Positions 48,516 to 58,384 of a stretch of 64,000 nt of DNA are shown piece by piece. The notes below the pieces were generated by a model that saw only the letters and a list, made by a program, of their open reading frames with translations, made no database searches and was not told where the DNA came from. Source of the stretch: Halobacteriales archaeon (GTDB lineage Archaea > Halobacteriota > Halobacteria > Halobacteriales > SKSH01); NCBI GenBank assembly GCA_007118145.1, contig SKSD01000010.1, positions 69,896 through 133,895 of the forward strand, read 5' to 3'. The stretch's first letter is position 1. Every line of letters starts with the position of its first letter. The position numbers were made by a program, and so were the translations under genes.

Positions 48516-49193
48516 ATGGGCGTTGCCGAGGAATTCGATGCTTGGGCAGCGGATGGCCGTGATAAAGGGATGGAGGAGCACCATTGGCACACCGCGAAAC
48601 ACGTGCTACGTCGGATGCCAGTCGAACAAGGCGAGCGAATCCTCGATCTCGGGACCGGATCTGGATACGCGCTACGAGCCCTACGTGACACAAAACAGGT
48701 CGGAGCTGGGTATGGACTCGATGGATCTCCCCGGATGCTAGCGAGCGCCGCAGGGTACACGGATGATTCAGCCATCGGGTTCGTCTTGGGCGAATTCGGT
48801 AGCCTCCCATTCCTCCCCGACACCATCGACCATGTCTTCTCGATGGAGGCGTTTTACTACGCATCGGACCCCCACCGAACACTCCAAGAGGTGAGACGGG
48901 TCCTCCGCCCAGGAGGTACCTTCTACTGTGCGGTCAACTTCTTCGAGGAGAGTCGTCACACCCACCACTGGCAAGATTCCATCTCCGTCGAGATGACGCT
49001 ATGGGATCGGAGTACCTACCGACGTGCCTTTCGAGACGCAGGGTTGGTCGTTGCAGAACAAGATCTGATACCAGACAGGGAGATCGAGATCCCACCCGCC
49101 GATGCATTTCCCACCGACAGTTATGCTCAACGCGAGGACATGATCGACCGGTATCGACGATGGGGGACACTTCTCACCGTTGGAGTCGCCTAA
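48516..49193 (+). CDS. class I SAM-dependent methyltransferase
   Basis: Motif I ILDLGTGSGY and post-I/II regions (LRPGGTFYCAVNFF). Confidence 0.75.
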   Translation: MGVAEEFDAWAADGRDKGMEEHHWHTAKHVLRRMPVEQGERILDLGTGSGYALRALRDTKQVGAGYGLDGSPRMLASAAGYTDDSAIGFVLGEFGSLPFLPDTIDHVFSMEAFYYASDPHRTLQEVRRVLRPGGTFYCAVNFFEESRHTHHWQDSISVEMTLWDRSTYRRAFRDAGLVVAEQDLIPDREIEIPPADAFPTDSYAQREDMIDRYRRWGTLLTVGVA

Positions 49194-49215
49194 TTCAGAA
49201 TCGTGACCTCACACG

Positions 49216-49917
49216 TCATTCGGGGATCGACTCGACGATCTCGATGCCTGATGACGTCCCGATCCGGGTCGCACCGGCATCAACCATCTCGAGCGCCTCC
49301 TCAAAGGTTGCGATACCTCCAGATGCCTTGATACCGATCCCCTCACCGACTGCCTCTCTGATCAGTCGGATTTCCCGTGGGGATGTCGGGCCGTCATATC
49401 CGACCGCTGTCTTGACGAAATCAGCACCTGCCTCCTCAACCAATCTAGCGGCAGTTGCTATCTCATCATCTCCTAAGGCTGGGGATTCGATGATACACTT
49501 CACGACTGTCTCCGGTGCTGCCTCCTTCACTCGGCGGATATCGTCGACGACGTACTCGTGATCACCGTTGCGAAAAGCAGTCCGATTCATCACCATATCA
49601 ATCTCGTCAACAGCATCGAGAACGGCCTGTGTTTCTACCACTTTGGCCCGTGTCGTTTGCACACCGTACGGAAAACCGATCACCGTGCCCAGGCGTACCT
49701 GGTCATCGAGAAGTTCTCTGGCCAAGTTGACATGATATGGCACGACGACAACTGAGAAGAATCCATACGAATTGGCGGACGAACAAAGCCTCGAGATGTT
49801 CTCCCTGCTGGATACGGGATCGACGTTCGTCTGGTCCAGGATAGACACGATCTGGGCAGGAGATTCACTGAGTTCGGTGAGCAATGACATACTGAATGGT
49901 GCAGGTGCAACACCCAT
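49216..49917 (-). CDS. deoC: deoxyribose-phosphate aldolase
   Basis: Schiff-base Lys region FVKTAVGY and IKASGGI. The start is ambiguous (GTG 49938, ATG 49917, ATG 49890). Confidence 0.8.
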   Translation of the reverse strand: MGVAPAPFSMSLLTELSESPAQIVSILDQTNVDPVSSRENISRLCSSANSYGFFSVVVVPYHVNLARELLDDQVRLGTVIGFPYGVQTTRAKVVETQAVLDAVDEIDMVMNRTAFRNGDHEYVVDDIRRVKEAAPETVVKCIIESPALGDDEIATAARLVEEAGADFVKTAVGYDGPTSPREIRLIREAVGEGIGIKASGGIATFEEALEMVDAGATRIGTSSGIEIVESIPE

Positions 49918-50133
49918 AATGATGTTGAGAGCGTTCACCGTTTTGAGCAGAGCAATCCACCCAGCGGTACTGTCGAACTAGGACTATGGATCTATGATAT
50001 CCAGTGGTTTGTCAGACCAGATTCCTAAATACATTCTGTTGTTCTGGAACCAATAAAAAGGGTCAACTCGTTACTGGCATGTGGGAATCTACGTAGCACG
50101 TTATTGGTGAGATAACCGCATCTCTAGTCAGTC

Positions 50134-50934
50134 ATGATGGAATCTCCACTGCACCAGCAGGTGCACGACAAGGAAGGGCGTCCCATTCCCCTCGATCTGG
50201 AAGATACGACGTGTGTTGTGACCGGTGCCTCAAGAGGTATTGGAAAGGCAATCGCGACCGAACTCGGACACCGTGGTGCCAATGTCGTAGTCAACTATCA
50301 CTCCTCTGATACAGCTGCGAACACCGTGGTCGATCACATCCAATCGACCAATGGGAAAGCGATGGCCAAAGCAGCGGATGTGAGCGATCACGAGGAGGTG
50401 GCTGCGATGTTCGAACACGTCCGTGAATCGTTCGGTCCGATCGATGTCTTGGTCAATAATGCAGGCATCACTATCGACAGGCGATTCGACCAGCTCACCG
50501 CACATGATTGGTCTCGTGTCATGGAGGTCAACCTCGGTGGGCCGTTCAACTGTACCAAGGCCTGCTACGAGGATATCAGATCAAGCGATCACGGCAGGGT
50601 AATCAACATCTCGAGTGTGATCGGCCAGACTGGTAATTACGGACAGACGAACTACGCTGCATCGAAGAGCGCTCTGTTCGGATTCACCAAATCACTCGCT
50701 CTGGAGCTTGCCCCCCACGGATCTACTGCCAACTGTGTTGCTCCTGGGTACACCAGAACGGACATGGTCGATAATGTCCGTGAAGATATCCAAGATCGCA
50801 TTCGGTCGAAGATACCTCTCGACCGGTTTGCCACACCTGCGGAGATAGCCTCGGTTGTTGGTTTTCTGGCTACCAAGCGCTCCTCATACGTGACTGGTGA
50901 GATCATCAACGTCAACGGTGGCCTCAATGGCTAA
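50134..50934 (+). CDS. short-chain dehydrogenase/reductase (FabG-like 3-oxoacyl reductase)
   Basis: TGASRGIGKAIA cofactor motif and catalytic YAASKSA. Confidence 0.85.
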   Translation: MMESPLHQQVHDKEGRPIPLDLEDTTCVVTGASRGIGKAIATELGHRGANVVVNYHSSDTAANTVVDHIQSTNGKAMAKAADVSDHEEVAAMFEHVRESFGPIDVLVNNAGITIDRRFDQLTAHDWSRVMEVNLGGPFNCTKACYEDIRSSDHGRVINISSVIGQTGNYGQTNYAASKSALFGFTKSLALELAPHGSTANCVAPGYTRTDMVDNVREDIQDRIRSKIPLDRFATPAEIASVVGFLATKRSSYVTGEIINVNGGLNG

Positions 50935-51202
50935 GGAGGAATCGACCAATCTCGCTGGTGACACCATCATCCACCGTGGGATTTCTCCAGAGGATTTCTC
51001 GATCATCAATAGTCTGGATACAGCAACGGCCAAACTGGTCTACCTACACCTGACCATCGTCGAAGAGGCCACACCATACGAACTCAAACACGACCTCGGC
51101 ATCGACCTGCTCACACTCTATCCGATCCTGGAACAGCTACGAGCAATGGAGATATTCGAGCAAGATGGTGCATATTATCGCTGTACGAGCGCAATCAATT
51201 GA
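50927..51202 (+). CDS. small winged-helix protein
   Basis: 91 aa. TATAKLVYLHLTIVEEATPYELKHDLGIDLLTLYPILEQLRAMEIFEQDG looks like a TrmB/MarR-type wHTH. Overlaps the SDR stop by 8 nt. Confidence 0.5.
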   Translation: MAKEESTNLAGDTIIHRGISPEDFSIINSLDTATAKLVYLHLTIVEEATPYELKHDLGIDLLTLYPILEQLRAMEIFEQDGAYYRCTSAIN

Positions 51203-51524
51203 TCCTTCATTCAATCGACGGTGATGATTGACCCTCGAACTGATTCCAGGCGTGAGTCTCCCAGGCGAATGACGATTTTTCTATAGCGATATCCAATTTA
51301 GCTTATAATCGTATCCGCTCAATCGAAATCGGTGACGACACGCAAAAAAAGCAGAAAATTTGTTGTAAAGACTAACCTCAGATAGTGAATATGATACATA
51401 TGAAGACGAATTTGATAGTATATATTCAAAAAGGTATGGCACCGTAATCAGGTATCACCATCAATATCATCGTTGTCTCTCAGCTCTCGATAATCGATGT
51501 AGTACTGATGGTACATCGAGACCA

Positions 51525-51725
51525 ATGTGCAGTATGGCCACGACAACCGTCACAAAAGCAGCAGAATCAGCGATGCGACTGATCGATCTACAACCTGAGG
51601 ATGAACCTCCGATCTCGGAGGAGGTGGACAAGAAATCTCGACGGACGAAGTTGCTTCAGGGCTTTGTGGTATTTGGCATCATGTTCATCGTCCTGTATTG
51701 GGGATTGTCGCGACGCTCTGATTAG
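51525..51725 (+). CDS. small membrane protein, tentative
   Basis: 66 aa with an acidic N-terminal part and one C-terminal TM (LLQGFVVFGIMFIVLYWGL). No family recognised. Confidence 0.3.
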   Translation: MCSMATTTVTKAAESAMRLIDLQPEDEPPISEEVDKKSRRTKLLQGFVVFGIMFIVLYWGLSRRSD

Positions 51726-51728
51726 GTA

Positions 51729-51945
51729 GTTGACATCCTCCCCGCGCTGAAGCGCGAGGCTTTCGCCTCGTTTTCCTCGTAAACGTTTCGATTGGAAAGT
51801 AGTTTTCACCATCCAAGCCAACTCCAGACACCACGATTGTGTACAGTTGAGCAGCGGCTCGTCTCACATAATCAGGGTTGGTCAAGCTGGCGACTACGTG
51901 ATGACCATCATCCTCCGACGTGGGACTCGTCTGCCCAACCACTCT
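51729..51945 (-). pseudogene. 3-prime fragment of an IS1341-type tnpB gene with its right end
   Basis: The minus-strand peptide NPDYVRRAAAQLYTIVVSGVGLDGENYFPIETFTRKTRRKPRASARGG recalls a decayed D-x-D-x-NAA-x-NI ... G-x-G ... P-V-E-T tail. It ends with the hairpin CGCGC-TTCA-GCGCG followed by GGGAGGATGTCAAC at 51729. It also shares GGAGTTGG with the long copies. Confidence 0.45.
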
Positions 51946-52192
51946 GATATTCTAGATTAACTGAGCGGATGATACCGTCTTCATTGTTGGCGAGGCATCA
52001 TTACATCAAACCAATCTCCCAGACTGTCAAGAATTGATAGTGAGATGGTGTGGTAGTTCCACCTCAAATGACACTAGACAAAGGTATTAAGTTCCGTTGA
52101 TTATAACCGTTAGCTAATGGATGCCGCTTGTGGTCCTGCCTACAAACGTGATTCAAACAAACCGGTCACTGACACGATACAACAGGTACCCC

Positions 52193-52510
52193 ATGGAATC
52201 AGATAAACACCAAAGCGTCGATGCATTCGTGGCCGCCATTTCTTCAAAGCACCGACGAGATATCATCAGAACCCTCCGAGATGTAGAAGACAATACCATG
52301 ACCCTCGACGAGATGGTCAGTCAGCTCGCTGTTACATCCTTTGAAAGCCGACCTCATGATGAAATCCGAATCGTCTTGCATCACAAGCACCTGCCAGTAT
52401 TAGCCGAATGTGACCTCATCGAATACGATCATCGGTCGGGTATGATATCGTTACGAAGCGACATTGCACAACCAGGCATCCTTGCGCTCGTCAATACCCT
52501 CGATACGTGA
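52193..52510 (+). CDS. DUF7344-type winged-helix protein (soluble form)
   Basis: SKHRRDIIRTLRDVEDNTMTLDEMVSQLA ... RIVLHHKHLPVLAECDLIEYD matches the haloarchaeal wHTH family with the H-H-x-H-L-P-x-L motif. Trimmed to the ATG at 52193. Confidence 0.6.
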   Translation: MESDKHQSVDAFVAAISSKHRRDIIRTLRDVEDNTMTLDEMVSQLAVTSFESRPHDEIRIVLHHKHLPVLAECDLIEYDHRSGMISLRSDIAQPGILALVNTLDT

Positions 52511-52525
52511 CAACCAATTGCGCAC

Positions 52526-53677
52526 TCAATCCGATGCGCTCGTCATCTCTTCGGGGAATTTCTCAGATAGCATCGTATCAAGCGGATTTCCCTCGATAGA
52601 CAGCGGAAGGTCGACACGTTCCCTTCGACTCGCAGATTCATAACAGGCAAATATGAGTTCTGTTCCTCTGATCACCCGTCTGCCGGAGATGACCGGTTCG
52701 ATCCCATCTCGAATGCCTGAGACCACGTGCTCGATCGCTCGCTCGTAATGGCTCGGCTCACCGATCCAATTCCCGGACATGCCGGGGATGTTCTTGATGA
52801 GCTTATTCGTCGCTGCAGCAGCGAGACTCGATGAAGGGCGATATACCGTCTCTCCGTTGGTATCAACCGTCTGCCAGCCATCACCTGTATCGATGCGCAG
52901 TGGCGGACCATCCGGGTGTTGAATCTCGATGATACCATCCTCGCCGACGATACGAAGGTAGGGATCGACCACTGTCTGGTCGGACGCCTCTGCGGTTGAT
53001 GCCAGACCGAGGACGCCATTCGTGTATCCCCAGGTGGCAATCCCGTGAGCGTCGTTAATCGCTCCAAACCAACGGTTATCAGGGTCGATATCGACAGCGG
53101 CGAGCGCCCACGCAGGAGTGGCACCATCCGTGAAGTGATCACAGAGATCGAAGAGGTGACTTCCCGCATCGAAGAGATTCACCTCGCTCCATTCGAGTCG
53201 GCGGATCGGACCGATCATGCCACCGTCGATGCGAGCCTTGGCCTCCTGTACGGGGATGGAAAGCCGTCGCTGATGGTTGATCGTCAACTGAACATCGTTA
53301 TCATCGCAGGTGTCTACCATCTCACTGCATGCCCCCCAGCTAGTCGCCATCGGTTTCTCACAATGTATCGCCTGGAGATCGCCATGCGTCGCACAATCGA
53401 GCACTAATTCAGCATGTGCTGAGGGTGGCACGCAGATACTGACGATGTCCAAATCGACTCCCTCAAGCATTTTGATGTGACTGTCGAACCAGTCATCAAG
53501 TTCGAAGTGCGAGGCAAAACTGGCTGCATGCTCTGGTATGATATCAGCACAGGCAACGAGTTCACAATCATCTAACCGTCTGTACCCAGGGGCGTGTCGA
53601 TATGCCATCGCATACCCATCTCGGCTTTTCGTCTTGGGATCAACACCTGTCCCGATAATTCCCACACGGTAGACCAT
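52526..53677 (-). CDS. Gfo/Idh/MocA family oxidoreductase
   Basis: N-terminal Rossmann VGIIGTGV ... and the family-typical layout (EKPMA-like CEKPMATS). Confidence 0.85.
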   Translation of the reverse strand: MVYRVGIIGTGVDPKTKSRDGYAMAYRHAPGYRRLDDCELVACADIIPEHAASFASHFELDDWFDSHIKMLEGVDLDIVSICVPPSAHAELVLDCATHGDLQAIHCEKPMATSWGACSEMVDTCDDNDVQLTINHQRRLSIPVQEAKARIDGGMIGPIRRLEWSEVNLFDAGSHLFDLCDHFTDGATPAWALAAVDIDPDNRWFGAINDAHGIATWGYTNGVLGLASTAEASDQTVVDPYLRIVGEDGIIEIQHPDGPPLRIDTGDGWQTVDTNGETVYRPSSSLAAAATNKLIKNIPGMSGNWIGEPSHYERAIEHVVSGIRDGIEPVISGRRVIRGTELIFACYESASRRERVDLPLSIEGNPLDTMLSEKFPEEMTSASD

Positions 53678-53719
53678 CGCTCTAATGAGACGGCAAGTCA
53701 GTCAATTAGTATAGACCGG

Positions 53720-54889
53720 TTAAGTCGTCAGGTCACCGGATGAATCCGTGGTGACATCTCGGTCGATTTCCTCAGTGGGTGATGAGGTATCACTCGAGTG
53801 GACATGCTCACAATCGTATACTTCACGTGTGGAAGCGGCGATATCGTGCCAGTCCATTTGCGCGGCTAATCTCCGATTTTCCTCGCCCATCATACGGAGT
53901 GGTGTTGTCTCATCGAGCGCACGGATGAGTGCATTTTCGAGCCCGGTTTCGCTGTCGTGATCATAGGTTATTCCCCCACGGTCGCTGATGAGTTCTGCTG
54001 GGCAACCGACATCGGGGATCACCAGAGCTCGGCCATACGACATTGCGAGGATAGCACTGCCAGAGGTGAGAATCGAATCGAACGGGAGCACCACGGCATC
54101 CGATGCGAGCAGATATCGAGCCACATCCTCATCAGGAATGAATTCAAGGCGAGTCATCACTCGTGTATCGTCGCCTGCTGCATCCGATACCTGTTGTTGA
54201 AGGTTATCATTCCATGGATTTCCCACGATGAGAAGTTTCGACGACGGATCAGTAACTAGCCGTCTGAAGGTGTGAATCAATCGAGGGACGTTCTTATACG
54301 GTCGAATCAGTCCAAAGTAAAGCAGCACCCGATCATTTGAATGAATACCAAGAGTATCACGCGCAGCATCGGCCGAGGTAACCGTTGGATAACTATCGAT
54401 GAAATGACCGTGGGGGATGACACTGATCCGGTCGACATATGCATCTGAGAGTCGGTATGTTTGACAGACCGCATCGACAGCAGACTCACAATGTACGATC
54501 AAGTGGGTGCTCAATCTAGCCCAACCCATACGGGTCAACAGATCCACCCTCGGCGTGTGTGACTCGTGAGCTCGCAGATTGTGAACTGTCCATACGACAT
54601 CCGTGCCTAGAACCCGTACGATGAGTAACTCAAAAAGCGTGCGTAGCCCAAGCAGTGCTGCCAACAGCCACCGGTCAGTCCCGATGAACGCCGTCACCCA
54701 ATGGAGGTGGATGACATCAGGTCGACTGTTGTGGTACCACGCTCGGAGGATCGGACACATGATATCGGCATCTACCAGATCCACAGCCACGCCTTGCTCA
54801 TCGAGAGCGCGTATCAACCGCTCCTGATAGGGATTCCTCCTGGTATAGTCGGGCAGCATCACCACACTGAGCCGTTTTGAATCGCTCAT
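53720..54889 (-). CDS. glycosyltransferase, GT-B fold (family 4-like)
   Basis: C-terminal half LLYFGLIRPYKNV ... LLIVGNP ... SDAVVLPFDSILTSGSAILAMSYGRALV is typical of GT4. Trimmed to the ATG at 54889. Confidence 0.8.
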   Translation of the reverse strand: MSDSKRLSVVMLPDYTRRNPYQERLIRALDEQGVAVDLVDADIMCPILRAWYHNSRPDVIHLHWVTAFIGTDRWLLAALLGLRTLFELLIVRVLGTDVVWTVHNLRAHESHTPRVDLLTRMGWARLSTHLIVHCESAVDAVCQTYRLSDAYVDRISVIPHGHFIDSYPTVTSADAARDTLGIHSNDRVLLYFGLIRPYKNVPRLIHTFRRLVTDPSSKLLIVGNPWNDNLQQQVSDAAGDDTRVMTRLEFIPDEDVARYLLASDAVVLPFDSILTSGSAILAMSYGRALVIPDVGCPAELISDRGGITYDHDSETGLENALIRALDETTPLRMMGEENRRLAAQMDWHDIAASTREVYDCEHVHSSDTSSPTEEIDRDVTTDSSGDLTT

Positions 54890-55103
54890 CAGTGTACCAT
54901 TATCGACTGATCTGTCCCCAGCCAGGAATGTGACAGACAATCATGGATCAGATGCCGGGATGGAATCACAACTGAGGCGTGGGAATCGATCATGTTCATC
55001 AACTTGTGCCATCCATTCACGTCGTTAAGCAGTGATTACTGCCTGTGCGAACGGTCCTTGCGCAACAACAGACACAGGTTGTCGCCAATATCAGAGCCAC
55101 CTA

Positions 55104-56231
55104 TCACTGTTGAATCCAGGCGTCGACGTGATGGGTCGGGGTGTACGATTTCCCAACGATGTCCAACCGACCATCCCCGTTTAGATCGACAACTTTCGCC
55201 TCATGGGTTGGAATGCCCTGAGAGAGTAACTCGGGATGAAAATCCCCATGACCATCATTTCGGTATAAGAGGTGTCTCGAATCGTGGTTCGTCCCAAGTC
55301 CCATCTCAGCGACGAAAATGTCCGGGACACCTGTGTCGGTGAAATCCGCCAGTTGTAACGTATGGGGATTGTGCAGATCGTCAGCCAGCACCGTTTCATC
55401 TTGATCGACTGGATCGAACACACCCAATCTGCCAAGTTTACCATCGTGATAGGGTCGATCACCCTCAGCAAGGACAATCTCGGGAGTACCATCACCGTTG
55501 AGGTCCCCTACAGCGACACGTGTCCATCGCCACCCTGGGGCGAACGTTTCACGACGCCACGACCCCTGCTCTGAGATGAACACGTTCCCTCCAGCGATGA
55601 GTTCTGGTCGGCCATCCCCGTCAATATCCACGACTTCCACACCTTCGACATCAACTCCATCTGCGATGAGGTGTCGATGGCTGGTCGGCCACGGTGATCG
55701 GGTCGGATCGTCGGGGATGTCATAATAACAGATGGTCTCACTGAGTTGTGAGAGAATGATGACCTCAGGTCGGCCATCTCCATCGATATCTGCGATCTGT
55801 GTGTCGTGATACTTGTGAAAGTCATCGGTGATGAGATATCGTGGCCAGGGTTGGGTAGGATCTGCAGGCTGTTCGAACCAGTAGAGTTCGTTGCCGAGAT
55901 TTTGCCCAACGACCATATCGTTTCGTCCGTTGCCTGTGATATCCCCGAGGGAGGCACCGACGCTCAAATCAGGCGATGTCACCACATCATGTCGAACCCA
56001 GCCAGGGTTCTCATACCAGAACACGTTACTCTCGAGTCGTCGGATAACACGCCCAACAGCTGGAAGATAACGCAGTTTCAGTGTCTTACCGAACAACGAC
56101 AGTGGCCGTTCTGCACCCAATCCACCGACGATGACATCAGGTAGGCCGTTACCGGTGAGATCCTCGGTGAGACAAAAGGCCAATCTTCCACAAGGAGGCT
56201 TGTCATCGATTCGTACATGTGCAAACTCCAT
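55104..56231 (-). CDS. FG-GAP/VCBS repeat beta-propeller protein, no signal peptide
   Basis: Repeated calcium-loop-like motifs DIDGDGRPE (twice), DLNGDGTPE, DLNGDGRLD, DITGNGRND. Confidence 0.8.
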   Translation of the reverse strand: MEFAHVRIDDKPPCGRLAFCLTEDLTGNGLPDVIVGGLGAERPLSLFGKTLKLRYLPAVGRVIRRLESNVFWYENPGWVRHDVVTSPDLSVGASLGDITGNGRNDMVVGQNLGNELYWFEQPADPTQPWPRYLITDDFHKYHDTQIADIDGDGRPEVIILSQLSETICYYDIPDDPTRSPWPTSHRHLIADGVDVEGVEVVDIDGDGRPELIAGGNVFISEQGSWRRETFAPGWRWTRVAVGDLNGDGTPEIVLAEGDRPYHDGKLGRLGVFDPVDQDETVLADDLHNPHTLQLADFTDTGVPDIFVAEMGLGTNHDSRHLLYRNDGHGDFHPELLSQGIPTHEAKVVDLNGDGRLDIVGKSYTPTHHVDAWIQQ

Positions 56232-56328
56232 TCAGGGAATAGTTGGTGAAAAACCTGCATCGTAAGCCTGCCTCTAATGGTACGACAAATGGGAGCAATA
56301 CAGTATCCGAGAATATGATGAGATGGTG

Positions 56329-57279
56329 TTACCGGTGACTGAGGGAGCCGAGTTGTGTTGCATGGTGTGGTATGCCTATGACATTGGACATCACCTGGGC
56401 ACCACGTTCCAGAGCGGTGTATGGATCATCGGGATGATCGTGTTCGTAGATGAGCCACCTAGCATTTGATGCTAACCCGGCGTCGATCGATGCTGGAATG
56501 TCGACCATCCCGGTCCCAGGATCGACGCTTTCGAACCTCGGTGGGATGCGTCGTGTCTTGGCGATATCTGCGATGTGGATGAATTCGAGATTTGAACCGA
56601 TGGCATCCATGAGCATCGGGGGATCGAAGCCAGCGGCGGTGGCGTGTTTGATATCTAGCTCAATCGATATCGACCGATCTTGCATACCGTCGAGAAGACG
56701 GCCGAGTCCGGATCGATAGAACTGATCGATCGATAACGGTCCGCCATTTCGTCTCATAAGTGATGCCATCCCTTCCCACCCACTCGCAGGGGTGCGGTCG
56801 ATCCATGGTAGCCGACTGGATAATATCGTATCCATTGGAGGCAGCAGTGACTCTCGGGTATTGTGAAAGCTCAAGTTGAAACCTCGCTCTTCGAGATCAT
56901 CAGCTAATATCTCGAGATCTTTCCTCAGCCTCTCGATGTCCACCATGGTGATGAAGTGTCGATAGGAAATATGTGGAAGGATGAGGTTTCGACAGCCTAT
57001 CATCTCATAATGTGCTAACAACGAATCATACTCAGATTCCAGGGTCGAGAGTTCGATGTGAGCACCAATCGGAACCAGACCGGTTCGATCAAGTGCCTGT
57101 TTGATCTCCTCTGGATCCTCCTCTCGAACCCGATGGGCGAATTCGACTCCGGCAAAACCTGCAGCGGCGACCCGAGTCAGTATCGAACTCAATGGTTCAT
57201 CGATATCACGCAGTGTATAGAGCTGAATGCCTGCCTCGGCCATATCTGCCCCACCAGACTCCTCTTTGCTCACTGGCAT
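56329..57279 (-). CDS. sugar phosphate isomerase/epimerase (xylose isomerase-like TIM barrel)
   Basis: GIQLYTLRD start region and AP-endonuclease-2/TIM layout. Possible starts are the ATG at 57279 and the ATG at 57243. Confidence 0.8.
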   Translation of the reverse strand: MPVSKEESGGADMAEAGIQLYTLRDIDEPLSSILTRVAAAGFAGVEFAHRVREEDPEEIKQALDRTGLVPIGAHIELSTLESEYDSLLAHYEMIGCRNLILPHISYRHFITMVDIERLRKDLEILADDLEERGFNLSFHNTRESLLPPMDTILSSRLPWIDRTPASGWEGMASLMRRNGGPLSIDQFYRSGLGRLLDGMQDRSISIELDIKHATAAGFDPPMLMDAIGSNLEFIHIADIAKTRRIPPRFESVDPGTGMVDIPASIDAGLASNARWLIYEHDHPDDPYTALERGAQVMSNVIGIPHHATQLGSLSHR

Positions 57280-57407
57280 CAAGCATCCTTACCGCAGATG
57301 AAGTATAGTAATCCTTGCGTTAATCGAAAATTGACATAACGTACCTAACGAATGCAGACCAGCGATACATCTGATACCAGGAACCGAAAACCACTAGACG
57401 GAGTATA

Positions 57408-57713
57408 TCACTCGTAGACGCTGATGAATCCGTTACTCATTATCGAGACAGTCATCCCATCATAATCGAACGAGACCTCAACATCTGTATTACCGTTTTT
57501 TGAGGCCTTTTTGAGGATCGAATTGAGGGCATCGGCATCAACAAATTGTTGGAGGGGCTCCATGTCGATGGGATCGGCCTTGATGACCTCAGAGACTGCT
57601 TCGATTATTCGTACGCTCGGTAGCTCGTCATCTCCCCACGAGGTATCCACGATCTGGATATCTTCGCTTATTTGAGAGGAGATATCAACACTTGAGTGAT
57701 TTTCTCCAGTCAT
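57408..57713 (-). CDS. HalOD1 domain protein
   Basis: SVRIIEAVSEVIKADPIDMEPLQQFVDADALNSIL ... VSFDYDGMTVSIMSNGFISV has the same pattern as the ORF at 18483-18734. Trimmed to the ATG at 57713. Confidence 0.6.
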   Translation of the reverse strand: MTGENHSSVDISSQISEDIQIVDTSWGDDELPSVRIIEAVSEVIKADPIDMEPLQQFVDADALNSILKKASKNGNTDVEVSFDYDGMTVSIMSNGFISVYE

Positions 57714-58384
57714 GTTATACGTATGATGGATATTGTCGAGTACAGTTGGCCATGCAGTTGGCAGTTCGCATGAGACTCCACACATGATTGAATACAAGCT
57801 ATCCTATTTAATCATTATGTGTCGAAAATGTGGATGAAAGTTGATTATATATCAAATAATGATACTTAATATATCTAGCCTCCAAGATTCACAATTCAGG
57901 TGGGCACCGATTGCTACATAATAAAACAGCTTGTACCACTCGACTTGGACCGGAGTTCGGTGAGATCAAAATACAAAGTTCCTATAGCATTTCCTCAACA
58001 CTTTCCATATTATGAGAAGTATATCTTAGTCAGATATACCTTGGAAAATACATGGGGGCGAAGGTAACGTTCGTATCCACATCGACGGGTGACACTCTCA
58101 CGACTGAACAACTTGCTTTAACGTCAGTGACAATACGCTTATCTTCCATTAATGCGTAGGTTAGATCGGTCCTCGGCCGGGGAAATCCAGCTTGCGTGCC
58201 AGCAACTGCTTGCCCGGGGATCTCCGGGGACCGTCTTATATATTAGAATATTGATATATTGCCCAAATAGTCAATATCTGGAGATACTTCCATACGCAAC
58301 CAACCATGTCCAACAGGGAGTCTACGATCTAGCCCAACGGAAGGCTTCTCCTCTTAAAGCGATCTAGACCGTATTTCACGGAGA

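Noticed and set aside
58152-58367. 71-aa ORF in the AT-rich spacer. Also unlisted short ORFs read by eye on the minus strand: 39 codons at 58030-58149 and about 45 codons near 59700-59830.
   Set aside because: No recognisable motif, atypical composition for a halophile protein, and length near the noise level. They cannot be supported from sequence alone.
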